Positions 37,154 through 51,183 of a stretch of 64,000 bases of DNA are shown here, piece after piece. The notes under the pieces were generated by a model. It saw only the letters and a program-made list of their open reading frames with translations, did no database searches and was not told where the DNA came from. The position numbers and the translations under genes were made by a program. This DNA comes from Felis catus. Its lineage: Eukaryota. The stretch spans positions 36,706,001-36,770,000 of the forward strand of contig NC_058368.1 in the NCBI RefSeq assembly GCF_018350175.1, read 5' to 3'. How positions within the stretch are numbered: the stretch's first letter is position 1; each line of letters starts with the position of its first letter.

Positions 37154-38689
37154 GGTATATAACAATATTAGTTCCTCTTTCCTTCTTTATTCTGCTTCTC
37201 AATGATGATTGAGGCCAAGGTGTGTCATAATATCCCGAACACCCATTTCCTCTTTTTTTCATGGACAGAGTGACATCATATTACAGCCTGAAACTATAAA
37301 CTTAATGTGGCTCTGTGATTAACATCTGTCTTCCCTACCAGACTATGGGATGCTTAAGAGCAGATAATGGGTCTGCTTTTAGTTGCTGTTGTATCTCCAG
37401 TGCCAAAAGTTATTGTTCTTGGAGAATCAATGAGTAGTTGGAATTGTTTACCCATTTCACTGGGGTTGGAAAGCAGATGGGCAGAGACCTAGGAAGAGAC
37501 CAAGAATAGGTATTTGGTATAGAGTTCCCCATGTTTCATTTACCAACACCAACCAAGCAAAGCAGCTGGCAGTGAGATGGGATCAAGATTTGCATGGTGA
37601 GGAGACCTTTAACAAACACCTTGCTCTAGGACATTGTTTTTCTTTGCCTTGTCACTATATTTTAAAAGAAGCAAAGAGAAATTATGATGAACAAGCAAGG
37701 GATTATACCCCTATAATTTATTAACTGAGGATTAAAGGCAAAGTGGAGAAATGTTTCAAAGAACTTTTGAAGCTAAGCTGTTTTGAAACTGAGAAGTCAA
37801 GGAACTAAGAAACATGGAGAAAGCATTGTGTATATACCCTAAAGGGATGATGGAATGATCTGAAGGCTATCATGTGTGTTGTGGTCATCGCATGAGGGGA
37901 AGTCATGGCATTATAGGAGACAAATCACAGACTTTTCTTCCCTTTTTGTTTTCATATTTTAATTTCTTGAGTTCTTTTACATTATTCTCCTTTAAATACC
38001 CTCTTGCTGCCACCTACCAGAGAAACAATAATAATCAATGTAGGATAGAACAAAAATGACAAAATAGATGGGGTTGAGTTTTCTGAAATCAGTATTTTAG
38101 GGCCATGAACTTAGCCCAGGACACTCTCCTTTCCCTTCCTCCAACTGCCTTCCGGGGGAAGGGTGTGTGCAAGAGGATGGGTGCAGTGTGGATACCATCA
38201 TGCCCATAGTGGAGTTCAGAGAGCGGTGGTGGAGGGAAGGTCACACTTACGCATTGCCTGTTGGGTGAAGACACTACAGTAGGTGCTCCATTGTGCAGTA
38301 TCTCACTTAATCCATGGAAATCAGGCATTAGCACTTATTTGAGAAAACAGGTTCAGGAAAGTTTAGTGGTTTTTGAAGATTCTCAGTTAGAAAGTGGTGG
38401 ATTCAGCATTGAAACCTATTTGATCTGATTTCAAAGCCTAGTTTTTTCTTGCTCCTCTAACCAGGACACGAGACAATATAGATTCCTTCTTAAATAAGGA
38501 ATACTGTCGCTCATTCCAAAGGACAAAGTTCCAAGTCTCAAATTGCTGTACTGTGTCTCCCAGGACAAGACAATCCATTCTTTGATATAACAAGAAAGTT
38601 ACATTTTTCACTTTAATTTATTGCTAGAAGATGAAATTACTCTTAAACATATATATACACCCATGGTACACACTTCCACCCCTGCCATA

Positions 38690-38900
38690 TCATTTATTGA
38701 GTGTGCTAAGCACTTTATATACTTTGCATGTATTGTCACCCATAATCTTGCCAGCAGTTCTGTACGGTAGGTAATATTCCTATTTTTGAAGAAGAAAGGG
38801 AGACTTAGAAAGGTTATTTGTCTTAGGTCATACAAGTAGTTGAGCTGAGATGGATACCCACATATTTTTGGCTCTGAAGCTAATGCTCTAAACCACTGTA
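38690..38900 (-). mobile_element. MIR
   Basis: catttattgagtgtgctaagcactttat...aggttatttgtcttaggtcatacaagtagt...gctctaaaccactg. Confidence 0.75.
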
Positions 38901-38902
38901 TT

Positions 38903-39380
38903 GCATTCATTCATTTATTCATTCATTCATACAAGAAATATTTATTGAGTGCCTTCCCTGTGCCTGCACTATGCCAGGTAATGGATACAATAATGAAAAC
39001 CACCAACTTCAGTCCTAAAGAAGTTCATTCAGGTGAGGGAAACAGACACATAAATAGGCAATGGTGACGACATTTAGTAAGGCACTGATGGGTATATATT
39101 CAGGGCCATCATATGCAGATATGTGTAGGACCTATACATATTTTCATCATGTTAGCTTAATGAAAAGACATCTAATTTGGCCTTTTTTTTGAGGAGAGCA
39201 GATGATAAAAATTACATCAGGTTGGGAGGTATCTGGGAGGAGATGACTCTATATGAATCTTAATCAGTGAGTAAGAGCTTACCAGCTACAGTTAGCTAAA
39301 AGAGAGCACTACACATAGGGAGAATTATGTGATGAAAACCACAGAAGAGAGACGAAGTGTAATACATGGGGAAGTGGGGT
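38903..39380 (-). mobile_element. L2 3' end
   Basis: (ATTC)n followed by aaatatttattgagtgccttccctgtgcc, the reverse-complement L2 terminus. Confidence 0.7.
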
Positions 39381-39668
39381 GGTTGATGGTTGACTTCTTT
39401 CAAAGAATAGTTTTTTGTGTGTTAATTTAATGGAGGTTCTTTAGGCATCTCTAATTTTCCTCCACCTATTTTGGAAGCCATTCTGAGTCATGAATTAGTA
39501 TCTGAGAGAAGAATGAAGAAGGTAGAACGAAAGGCACCACCATTTTTCTCTGGTGCTACTACCAAGTACTTGTGAAATTTTATCTCCTTGAGTTCTCATA
39601 ACGTATCTTCAAAGCAGAATCCTTCAAAAGAAAGGAAATTGAAGTAAAGCTCAAAGTCTTTGTCTAGT

Positions 39669-39891
39669 GGGGCGCCTGGGTGGCTCAGTCGGTTGAGCAT
39701 CTGACATTGGCTCAGGGCATGATCTCAGGGTTTATGGTTCGAGCCCCATGTCAGGCTCTGTGCTGACAGCTTGGAGCCTGGAGCCTGGAGCCTGCTTCAG
39801 ATTCTGTGTCTCCCTCTCTCTCTGCTCCTCCCTTGCTCATGCTCTGTCTCTTTCTCTATATATATAAAAAATAAGTAAACATGAAAAAAAA
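39669..39891 (+). mobile_element. SINEC_Fc
   Basis: ggggcgcctgggtggctcagtcgg head; extra tggagcc unit; A tail. Confidence 0.95.
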
Positions 39892-41793
39892 ACCACAAAA
39901 ACTTGTCCAATTTAGCAAATTGAAGGAAGAGCTGAGGATGTGAACTCAATATAATCTTTTACTGAAGCCCCATATCTTATTCATTCTCTAATGAGAAGAA
40001 TATGATTGTTTATATGACATTTTCCTCAACTTTTTCTTACCTAAGTAAGGTGCTTGCCAGAGAAAACCTCAGAATCATTACCACTAAATTCCTGGGTAGG
40101 AAAACAGTTTTGTACTTTAATTGTCTGTCCTCTGCATTTGGAGTTTTATTTACTGTATAAGTTTTACGTAAGTTCATAAAAGTCAATAAACTCAATATTC
40201 CAGAAATCACTTACAATTTAACATCTAGATAATGAGGGTAACAAAAAGGAAGTTAATTCAGTGTGGGTTTATGATGGTGATTAACTTAGTCCCATTTCTT
40301 TCCCTGAAGAGAGGAAGAGTTCAGAAATAAAGCAATGCGAGTCTGCTGCATCCAAGGAGATAGACGCAAGAACAAAAGATTTGTTATGAAACCCTTAAAA
40401 TCACAGTGCCCTTTTAGCTAATTATGGTAGCTTAATTAAAGTTATTTTAAAGTAATAGTTAATTATGCTTAATTAAGGTAATTATGGAATTAGCCAGGGG
40501 AATTTGAATGAACCACAGTGCAGACATGTTTGGCCTCTCAGGATCAAGTATACTAGTTTGCATGGATCCAAAACATCTCCTTGTGTGCATATAGGAGAAA
40601 ATAGAAAATAAAGCCTAGATTATAGTTTTTACTACACAAAGCCACTACTAACAATACATAAAGTTATACGCATGTTGTTGCAGAGTATACTAGTGTATTT
40701 TCAAAAAGTGTAATGTGAGATTGTATTGGATTTGATTTCTTTTAATGTAGGTTTACTTTTGGGAGGCAAAGGAGGATTAAATGTCTAACAGTCAATGGTG
40801 TTTATGTTTTGAAAGTCTACATAATCCTTCTCTGTCCATACATTATTCAAATTTACCAGATGCTTTTGGGACTGTGGCTGACTTTAGGAAAGATCTAGCA
40901 CTTTTTACTTGGAGGTATAATTTGGACTGAAATATCTAGGTCTGGCATTGTTGCCATTCTGTTCTTGATTCGATAAAGGCACAAGATACAGAGACAAAGG
41001 TTTAATCTTCCCTGTGCATTGGTAATGTTTGTTAAAAATCTCTCCAGTGCCTTCTTGGCTTTGCTGTGGCTGGAATATATGATTCCGTTTGTTGGGAGAA
41101 ATCCCAGTGAATATTTTTTATCAGGTCAGTGGTTCTTAAAGTACAGTATTCCAGAATCTTCCAAGTGGTGTGCCTATAGTCTAATTTTAGTCTCTTCAGG
41201 GTAATTATTTTTCCCTAGATTAACCTTCCCCATTAGGTTTGTGCTGATTCAAATTTCCACCTAGATTTTCAGGCTCCCTAAACGTCTTACCAGGTTTTCT
41301 GCTGAGGAATTATTACTCCTTCCTTTAACAAGGAATATTACAAAAAAGTCAGTGATCTCTGCTTATAACTGAATGTTAAGTAGAGAGTGAAAGCGTACTT
41401 TTTATTTATTTTTTCTCTTGAGGGTAGATTACACTGGGATGGAGGAGAGGAACGGAGGCCTCATAGAATCAAGCAATGAGTCCTAATGGGGTGCTTAGGT
41501 GTCAGGCTCAGTTCTGCTACAAGTGCTGACATTCACTATTACCTCTCAGTGACTGCATTGGAGGTGGCTGCATTGGGAGTTCCCTAGAAGATCACAGCAA
41601 CAGAGACTCCTAATAGGGTTTCTTACCTTGTCTAAGACCATGAAACAGTTCATGAGATTCTGTGAGCCCCTCTAGATATGAAGTGCGAAGGATTTATAGG
41701 CTTTCATAATGAACATTTTTATCATTGAAAATGTAATATTTATTTTATTCAATTGCCACTTAATAAAAACATATTTTAAGAGTAATACATGTT

Positions 41794-42000
41794 GGGGTGC
41801 CTGGGTGGCTCAGTCGGTTAAGCGGCCGACTTCGGCTCAGGTCATGATCTCGCGGTCCGTGAGTTCTAGCCCCGCGTCGGGCTCTGTGCTGACAGCTCAG
41901 AGCCTGGAGCCTGCTTCAGATACTATGTCTCCCTCTCTCTGACCCTCCCCTGTTCATGCTCTGTCTCTCCCTGTCTCAAAAATAAATAAACGTTAAAAAA
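41794..42000 (+). mobile_element. SINEC_Fc
   Basis: 15-bp TSD aagagtaatacatgt at 41778-41792 and 42001-42015. Confidence 0.97.
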
Positions 42001-42279
42001 AAGAGTAATACATGTAAAAGATGAGGAAAACACAACAAAGCAGCACAAGTAGAAATAATCTAACAGATCAGACTGTCCCATGGGCTATTGAGATTGGCTC
42101 AGTGATGGTCCTCTGTAGGGTAGGAGCTGAACAGAATCATTTACTGAATTCCTATATGGGTATCCAGCAATGGAAATGCCTTTATTCACAGGGTTGCTAG
42201 TTTGACAGGGTATGGCTCGAGAGCTCTTGGTCAGTCTTATTCCAATCCATGTGGACAGAAACTGTACAGAACAAAACAC

Positions 42280-42470
42280 ACACAAAGAGAGAAGCAGAGT
42301 TGAGAGGAGTGAGAAAGATTTAATGGTGTTATTTGAGCCCAAAGATTTGACAGTTTCTGAACAAATCCATGATCGGCCTTCACAGTTATGTGAGCCAATA
42401 AATACCTTTTTTACTTAAGCTTGTTTTGGCTGGGTTTATGTAGCTTGTAGTTGAAAGAGTTCAGACAGTA
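42280..42470 (+). mobile_element. MaLR LTR 3' fragment (MLT1K-like)
   Basis: tgtgagccaataaatacc...cttaagcttgttttggctgggttt...tgaaagagt. Confidence 0.6.
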
Positions 42471-42559
42471 CTTGCTTGTCTCTGTTTCATTGTGAGGTAT
42501 CCGAGCCTTACATGAAACCCCACTGACCTGAGGAATGACTGTTGTGAGGTTATGGTTGA

Positions 42560-43243
42560 GCCTAAATGTAAAATGTACACGGAAATGCAGGTGAAACAGA
42601 GGGAATTTCTAATATGAGAGAGAAAAAAAATAAGGGAGAGTCAAACTAAATATTTATTAAATACAGAAGGGAAAATGATAATTTTTCAGTGGACAAACCT
42701 GGGTGACACCATCTTAACCAAGGATCAAGGTTAGCATTACCATTTAGGACCTGTCAATGTCATGTACTTCTCAATATGAGGCACTGAGAAGGGCTTGCCA
42801 TCTCTGGTGTCATTTCCAGGAGTGCACAGCTGTGACCTAATTATGAGAAAACATCAGACTAACCCAAATTGGGAGGCGTACTATGAAAATAACGGACTGG
42901 TACTCTTTAAAAGTGTTAAGGTGATGAAACACAAGGAAAGACAAGAAAACTGAGGAGACATGACAACTAAATGTAATATAAATTGCAATGTCAATCATCT
43001 AATTTAATGAATTCAGTGCAATATCAATTAGATCCTTAAGCAGAAAGAGGACATTAATAGTAAAACTGGTGAAAAGTAAATAAAGTCTGTAGTGTAGTTA
43101 ATGATATTGTATCAACATTAATTTCTTAGTTTTGATATTTATATTGTGTAAGATACTAATTTAGGGGAAGCTGGTTGGATGTGGAATTCTCCGTCGTATG
43201 TAACTCTTTGTAGATCTGGAATTATTTGAAGATAAAAAGTTAA
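42560..43243 (+). mobile_element. L1MC/L1ME 3' end
   Basis: cagtggacaaacctgg...caccatcttaaccaag...gagacatgacaactaaatg...aataaagtctgtagt...ggggaagctgg...taaaaagtt. Confidence 0.8.
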
Positions 43244-43635
43244 GACACACATTGCACATTGAGAGAAAAAGAGTGGGGGGTTTGACGAGGGTCCTGGAAG
43301 TGGCAGAGAAATGATACTGGCCAACCTAGAAAGCTCCGGCACGGGCATTTCCTTAGCTTTTGCAGAGAGGAGCTTCCCAGTGGGGGTTGCTGAATGGAGT
43401 CTGTTCCTCTACCTCTGTCACTTCTTTAGGGTCCTGCTTTCTGCCTCATGACTTCATCATGGATTTGGCTAATGTCTGGTAGATCACTGGTCAATATTTC
43501 AATATTCTTAGTTTTTAGAACTGTTGAAACTCTAAATTTCTCTTTGTCTCTGTGTTAGTATTTAAATGGAAAGTTGTGAGACGGAAGGCCAGACATCCAT
43601 ATTTTCCCATTTTCTTCATTTGATAAGAATATTTT

Positions 43636-44273
43636 CTTTTTCTTTTAGTTTTTATTTAAATTCCGGTTAGTTAACATACAGTATACTATTAGTTTCAGAT
43701 GTACAATTTAGCGATTCAACACTTCTCATCATGAGTGGCCTCCTTAATCTCCATTACCAATTTCACCCATTCCCCTGCCCACCTCCCCTCTGGTAACCAT
43801 TAGTTTGTTCTCTGTAGTTAAAGCTCCTGTTTCTTGGTTTGTCTTTCTCCCTCTCTTTTTTCCCTTTGCTCATTTGTTTTGTTTCTTAAATTCCACATAT
43901 GAGTGAGATCATAGGGTATTTGTCTTTCTATGACTGACTTATTTCAGTTAGCATGATACTCTCTAGGTCTATCCATGTCATTGCAGATGTCAAGATTTCA
44001 TTCTTTTTATGGCTGAGTAATATTCCATTACACATACATACCACAGTTTCTTTACCATTCATCAGTGGAAGGACATTTGGGCTCTTTCCATAATTTGGCT
44101 ATTGCACATAACACTGCTATAAAATCGGGGTGCTTTTGTCCCTTTGAATGGGTATTTTTGTATCCTTTGGGTAAATACCTAGTAGTGCAATTGCTGGATC
44201 GTGGGGTAGTTCTATTTTTAACTTTACGAGGAAACTCCATGCTGTTTTCCAGAGTGGCTGCACCAGTTTGCAG
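43636..44273 (-). mobile_element. Carnivore L1 3' end with the ORF2 C-terminus
   Basis: ORF 44052-44393 contains [11 protein letters not shown] and IAKLWKEPKCPSTDEW (L1 ORF2p C-terminus); TSD ta(a/g)gaatatttt. Confidence 0.92.
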
Positions 44274-44499
44274 GTAGGAATATTTTAAGTATAAATCAAA
44301 AAGCTCTTTATATAATGATTTCATTGGACACAAGAAACTTTCATTATTCTTTATAGTTCCCATGATTAAAATAGCACTTGGAGCACAGTACATTGTCAGT
44401 AATTATCTGTGAATGTCACTAAAATATTTTTTGATGTCAGCTGTACATTTTAAATCTGACTAAATAATTATAAAGATGTAGTGAAGTTTATAATGTATA

Positions 44500-44720
44500 T
44501 CATTTTATTGAGCATGTAATATGTGCCAGCCACTGTGCTAAATGGTTTATATGCATCCTTCTTTAGTCCTCACAACACCAGCAGGGCACATGTTATTTTT
44601 ATCATTTTGAAAGATGAGGAAAATGAGGCCCAAAGAAGTTAAGTGACTTGCATCAGCTCAGAAAGTTACTTAATTGCAAGTCTAGGATTCTAACCCTTCA
44701 TGTCTGACGATGACACTCTG
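44500..44720 (-). mobile_element. MIR
   Basis: ttattgagc...atgtgccagccactgtgctaa...cctcacaac...agatgaggaaaatgaggcccaaagaagttaagtgacttg. Confidence 0.85.
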
Positions 44721-47700
44721 CTTGGTCTCTGAAATTATGTGATGCATTTTATAAGTTTATAAGTGTTATAGGATTTATATGTTAAACATTATGTATTAAA
44801 ATGAATAATTGTATGATTTTTGTTTGAAAATATACATGGGAGATTATCACATCATAATTTTTTAATTATTAGCAATCTATCAATTTGCTCTGCTGCTCTT
44901 ATATTTGCTTAAGTTCATTGGAACAAAGTATCCCTTATGTACAATATATTCAGAATAAAGAGACACAGGTAAAGTATATATCCTGTTCAGTCTTGGGTAT
45001 GGTGCTAAGATTCTTAGGTCTATAAACACACATGTATACACACAGCACTAAATCAGGTATAGTCAGGTTTTCTGTAATATGCAACTATATTTAAGTCAAT
45101 TTTTGAATGCTCTTAAACACTATTGGAAAACACAAAGTATAGAGTTAAGGAAAATTGCTATAAAACTCAAAAAGCAGATTAAAATATCTTAGGGCTTTGT
45201 CTTGATTGTTTTTTTTTATTTTGGTATGCCCATTTTTGTATGTGTCATAAATAAGCACTTAAGGAACTATGTAGGGGTCCTTTTCCTTGCAGTACGTTAT
45301 TTCCTCCCTAATTGGTCAATGTAGGACAAACACATCATTAAACACACAGAAGCCTCACTATAGCGTAAAATTTCATGTAAGGCAGATCCATTGCAAGCAG
45401 TGAGAGCAGTTTGTTCCTTTAAGTGCCAGAAGGACCTTGTTATAGCTTCCCTTCACTTATAACAGAGCCCTTAGCAAGGGTAGCCTTATGGGACCTTTTC
45501 AGGATGCCATTTGGTGAAAATGATGATGAGAATTTCTTCTACTTTTAGTAGTCTTGTGTTACTGCTGAAGAATTAGATTTTCTGTTGCTGCAGTGGGCTA
45601 GTGTCCAGTTAAAGGATTCTGTGGTCATTCTGAAATGAGAAATGAATTGTTTTATTCAGGATATCCCCCTTGAGAAGCCAAGGTGCTTTGGTGCCATTGG
45701 TGTCATTGGATCTCTGGACTCCTCTTGCTTGATGTAAGGTTACAACCACCTGAGCAGGGCTCAAAGGCATCTTCTGCAGCTTGGGACCCATCCAGTGAAT
45801 CAGAATGGCAAACGAGCGGGAATAGCTGAAATGGAAAACAGCCAGCTGCTGGCCCAACACGATGAGGCTCAGAGTTAATTTGCAGAAAATGAATTATTTC
45901 TTTTCAATGTGTGACTCTCTCTGTGAATGGAACATCATGACAGGAAGTGAAAAGGAAATGCTTTATCAGGACTTGGCTGAGTGAGTTATGGGGCAGGTGT
46001 GCATGCTTGGAAAACCTGGGACGGATGGATTGGAATAAAATATGATCACTGGTCCAAGCTGGTTCACAGAGCCACAGAGCCATCTGTTAGGGCTCAACCT
46101 AGCATGACTGTCAGTCTCCTGTAGGAAGAGACTTAGTATAGGAGTGCAAAGCTGTAGGTATATAGAGAGAGTTCAGGAAAAATGCCCACTTTCAAAAAAA
46201 GAAAAACATTAACCACAAAATTAACCAGGGCTAACCATTGGTTTTTAAAGTTAATAGTAACACATGGTCATCCACAAAAGGACAGGTCAGCAATTTTTCA
46301 CAACTAGACATTTTTTTTTTTCCAAAGAGGAAAATGACTTGGTTAGAATTATGTCTTCTATTATTTTCTGTTACCTTACAGTGTGGACATTTGTGGAAAG
46401 GATGACCAAAGTTTTTTCAGGTCAAATTAGGTTCTCAGATTTATTAAGACCAGACGTTTAACCTGTGTAGGTTGGATCAGAGAGAGCCTGGGGCTCCATG
46501 TGGCTTAGCCCTAGTCCCTGGAATATGGAGAAAGGACTCTCACAGGCAAGTGTATGTTTAGGGATGCCATGACAGATAAGGTTTAAGCCTATCTAGAATA
46601 CTCAGTACTGGAGTATTCCAAATTATCTCTGAGGAACTTTCTAAGTATGAAAATGTTAACACCCATCTTTCTCTCTCAGCCACCTCATTAATTCTCTTGT
46701 AGTCAAAGATTCCTTGGGATATTACTTGCACTGTACCCCTCTCTCCCCCCCCCCCCCACTGCAATCAGAGGACACAACTCTCTGTTCAGCATGAAGCTCA
46801 ATAAACAGTTGAATTTGTGAAAGAAAAGCACAAACCTTGTGACTCTATTGAGAAGAGGACGGGCATTTGAGTAAAGCTGACCACTCTTAACACTGCGCTC
46901 TTCCTCTGCTGCTACATAGTCCTTTGCAACATATATTATAATTCAATTAATCCTCTAATTCCCACTTAAAAAATTCTCTGAGGTACAGCCTCTTCAGAGG
47001 ATAAATTACTTTTGTTAGGATTCAGTATTCCTTTGTGGGTGTTGGTGGACCCTACCATTAATGGTCCCTGGAGAGGAGATGAAGAGTTGGGGAGAGCTGG
47101 AGATGAACTGGGAGTTTGGAGCAGACGAGATGGACTGTGGTCACGTACAGAACCAATAGTCAGGTTCACAGACATGCAGACACCGATCATGGCAGTGCTT
47201 GAGTTAGGGCGCGATGCAGGAGAAACTCAGAATGTTCAAGTGAGTCATGTTGAGAATGTGGTAGGCTCCAGCATGCCTTCATGGACCCAAATCAGTAGTT
47301 TGTAACTACTTCAGTTCTCCATCTCTCACCCCTGAGTTGGACTATTCAGCACTCTCACTCAGGGCTTGAGAGACCTCCACTTACGTGATACATGTATTAA
47401 AAAGGGGAAAAAAAGATGCATATGCCATCTGCTACCCTTCTGCTTCCATTTCTTTCATTGGAGTGGGATAGTCTCATGGGTATAGGTATATGTACCCTTG
47501 GGATGGAAGAGGCTTTATGGGAGATGTGCTTAGCTGCACAGGTGTTTCACATCATAGGTAGGGCTAGAGGAGTAGAGTTAGGATTCAGGGCTGGGATGAA
47601 CAATCGTCCTGTTTTTCCCAAGACTGAGGGGCTTTCTAGGATGTGGGATTTTAGCATTATAATTGAGACAGTGGTGGAAAAATTGTCCTGCTTTGTCCTA

Positions 47701-48498
47701 GGCTGATGAGCTTGGGGGTCAACTGACCAGACTGGTGTGGACCCTACTAAACAGAGATAGGGCATTGTGTAGACATTATACAAAATCTCCCCACTTGACT
47801 TTTGTGCATCAGACAGATCAGATTCTCTCTAATCCCTGAGGCTGTTCTGTTGAACCGCGTGGGGCTTATTCAGTACTCAGACAGTGACAGAGGAAGCAGG
47901 ATCTATACTACTGGCTTAACCACTTCATTTTATGTAGGGAAGTAACATTAATACATTAGGACACACATCCGACTGGGTTTCATTCGCCAGTACAAAATTA
48001 CTTTTTGATTCATGATGCATTTTGATCTGAAACACACCCACTATCAAAATTTTGGTCAGTACTGTGGTCTCAGTCTGAATCGCTCAACAAAAGGAGAGAA
48101 TATACGTGTGGAGGAAGACTCCCACACATCTGCTTCACCTTTCTCATCCCAAATGCAAGTTTAGACAATCCCCAATAGAACTTTCAGAAATATCCTCTAT
48201 GATTGTTGTGCAAACGGGTGAATTCAGAGTCAGTAATAAAGGTGAGGGAAGATGGAAAGTGGCGCTCCGAGCAAACCTGAGCTGCCCACAGATTCTGCTG
48301 GGCATTGCTGCCTGCATGCCATAGTTTCCCACTGTAGTTTATTCCATTTTTCTCCACGAGTGGCTCTAATGCTCCTGAAGAGCCTGCTGTGTGCAGAGTG
48401 GCTTTGTAGAAGGGCTGGATATTTTCTCGTAGAATAGAATTCTGGCTACCTTGGATTTCATGTTAAAGTTCTTTTGTGTACATTCTAAAATACTGTTT

Positions 48499-48726
48499 GT
48501 TTGTTTTTTTTTAATTTTTTTTTCAACGTTTATTTATTTTTGGGACAGAGAGAGACAGAGCATGAACGGGGGAGGGGCAGAGAGAGAGGGAGACACAGAA
48601 TCGGAAACAGGCTCCAGGCTCTGAGCCATCAGCCCAGAGCCCGAGGCGGGGCTCAAACTCATGGACCGCGAGATCGTGACCTGGCTGAAGTCAGACGCTT
48701 AACCGACTGCGCCACCCAGGCGCCCC
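48499..48726 (-). mobile_element. Young SINEC_Fc
   Basis: TSD taaaatactgttt at 48486-48498 and 48727-48739. Confidence 0.97.
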
Positions 48727-49048
48727 TAAAATACTGTTTTGACAGAGATTTTCAGTCATCAGTAGCAGTAGGGAGAATAATTGGAAGGTGGACATTTCTC
48801 GATTACAGTTTGAGGCTATTACCTAATTTCTGCCCTTAGAATTTATTCAATCATGTGACGTTAGTGATGAAGTCAATCTTTGAAAAATAGTTGGAAAATG
48901 TTTTGTTTTTAGTTCATCACCTTTTCAGATTACCTTCAGAGGACGTGGTGGGGCAAAGGCCTTCTTCTGGACTTAGGTATCACAATGTGGCTATGAGCTC
49001 CAGAGAGAATTTACCGGAATTTTTTTGTGTGCTAACTATGCAGTACTT

Positions 49049-49217
49049 CAGTACTTACTGCTCAAAGTGTGCCTGAGGGAGGCAGCATCAGCATCACCTG
49101 AGAGTCTGTTAGAACTGCAGCCTCAGGCCCAGCCTCAGACCTACTGAATCAGAATTTGCACGTTAACACAATTCCCAGGTAATTAGTAAGCACATTAAAG
49201 TTTGAAAAATAGTACTG
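49049..49217. mobile_element. MER5A-type hAT MITE
   Basis: ctcaaagtgt...cagcatcagcatcacctg...cagacctactgaatcagaa...aaagtttgaaaa. Confidence 0.8.
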
Positions 49218-49859
49218 TAGAGAATTGGGAGGAAAATGATGGGTTGGCTCTAGCAATGATATATGAATCCAAGCAATCTGTCCTGTAATTCTAAGGTCCC
49301 TCGTCCTCAGAATATCTGCCCAAGACTCGATGTATTTGCAGTAGAACACAAATCCTGTTTTAGAAGAGAATTCCTCCAAGCATCAATGTCTGCTGTTTTA
49401 TGAACATTGGTGCCACTTTTACTGTTCTTGCAAACACATTACTACATTTGGAAGTTGACTTTTGGTCTACTCGAGCAAAATGACAGCTGCAATCCATTTT
49501 CCAAGCCATCAGTGCTTTGGGTAAAGTGCTTGTTTTGTTATGTTTGGAAGAGACAAGTCATAAAGGAGCAGAATTTGGAAGGGGTGCGGGCTGCAGTTTC
49601 CTCAGGGGAGGGTCTCAATAAACCTCCAGGAAGGAAATAGTAATCATTAGGTAGGTAATTAGGACCTACAAGCACTTAGCAGCAAAAGATGCAATGCCTT
49701 GGTATCATACTGTTAGGTAATCAATAAGGCAATGGCGACGCTGTAGTTTGAGGTTGTGGACGGCAGAATTGGAGATGAGACAAAGGCTAGCTCCTTTTAT
49801 TTTCATGGAAAGCTTTCCTTTTGATCCATGCCAGAATAAGTTTTTTCTAAGATATATTA

Positions 49860-50475
49860 TTATTTTAAATTGAGATACAATTGACAAATTGAATTAGTTT
49901 TAGGGGTGCAACATAATGATGTGATAGTTGTATACATTGCAAATGATTACAATAAGTCTAGTTATCACCTATCACCGCATGTAGCTACAGTTTTTTTTTC
50001 TGGTGATGAGAACCTTTAAGATCTATTCTTTTAGCAGCTTTCAAGTATACAATACAGTATTGTTAACTAGAGTTGCTGTATTGTACATTACATCCCCAGG
50101 ACTCACTTATTATATAACTGGAAGTCAGTACCTTTTGACTCACTTCACCCATTCTGCCCACCCTCCCCCCCTCACAGCTTCTGGCAACCACCAATTTGCT
50201 CTCTGTTCCATGATCTTGTTGTTGTTATTGTTTTTTGGTCTGTTTGTTTTTGTTGTTGTTGTTTTAGATTCCACATATAAGTGAGAAAAGACATTCTTTT
50301 CTGACTTATTTTACTAAACATTATACCCTCTAGGTCCATTTATATTGTCACAAATGGCAAGATTTCCTTTTTTATGGCTGAATAATGTTCCACTGTGTGT
50401 GTGTATCTATCTATATCATCTCTATCACTCTCTCTCTCTCTCTCTCTAATCGGTATCCATATCTATCTATCTATG

Positions 50476-50513
<38 letters not shown>

Positions 50514-50752
50514 CACACCACATTTTCTGGATCCATTCATATTTGTATGGACACTTGGGTTTAGGTTGCTTTCATATCTTGGCTTTTGTGAACAATGCAG
50601 GGAGCATGGGGGTACATATACGTTTTTGAATTAGTGTTTCTTTTGGAGGAATACCCAGAAGTAGGATTACTGGATCCTAGGGTAGTCTGTTTCTAATTTC
50701 TTGAGGAACCTCTATACTGTTTTCCATAGTGGCTGCACCAATTGACATTCCC
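49860..50752 (-). mobile_element. L1MA9/10-like 3' end containing a (TCTA)n microsatellite (~50460-50513)
   Basis: taaattgagatacaattgaca...tttaagatctattcttttagcagctttcaagtatacaatacagtattgttaact...tttccatagtggctgcaccaatt. Confidence 0.88.
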
Positions 50753-50830
50753 TGGTGGTAAATTTTTGAAATTACAAAGGCTAAAAACTTGAAGGCATCA
50801 GCAAATTTTTCCCTGTTGACTTTGTGTATC

Positions 50831-50945
50831 CAGGGCCTTTGCGTACCTTTAGAGCTGCTATGTCACATAACTCCAGGGAGTTCCCATTCATCACTATAGC
50901 TTATGTGAATGAGGCCTCCAGAGTTACGCAGTACCGCAATTCTGT
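50831..50945. mobile_element. MER91-like palindromic hAT MITE
   Basis: aactccagggagttcccattca...tgtgaatgaggcctccagagtt is an imperfect hairpin resembling MER91. Confidence 0.55.
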
Positions 50946-51024
50946 TTACATTTCTCAATGTGGGCAGTAGGTAAAAAGGATAATCAGAGCTATTTCTTTC
51001 ATGTAACATCTTTTTAATATAATT

Positions 51025-51145
51025 GTTCTCAACTCTTGCTGTATATCACAATCATTCTGAGAGCTGTCTGGGGCCTATCGAGTAGGACCTGGAAATCTGT
51101 ATTTTTATGAAACTCTGGGTAATTCTGATGTGTTGTCAACTCTAT
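51025..51145. mobile_element. MER5-like fragment
   Basis: gttctcaactcttgctg...atctgtattttt...ggtaattctgatgtg. Confidence 0.5.
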
Positions 51146-51183
51146 GTTTAGTGCCAAGGCACATATTTAAAAAATTAGGACAA

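Noticed and set aside
45660..45733. Possible short exon (ttttattcag|G...GAT|gtaagg)
   Set aside because: Splice-like signals of this quality occur by chance; the peptide is unrecognisable and no partner exons were found.
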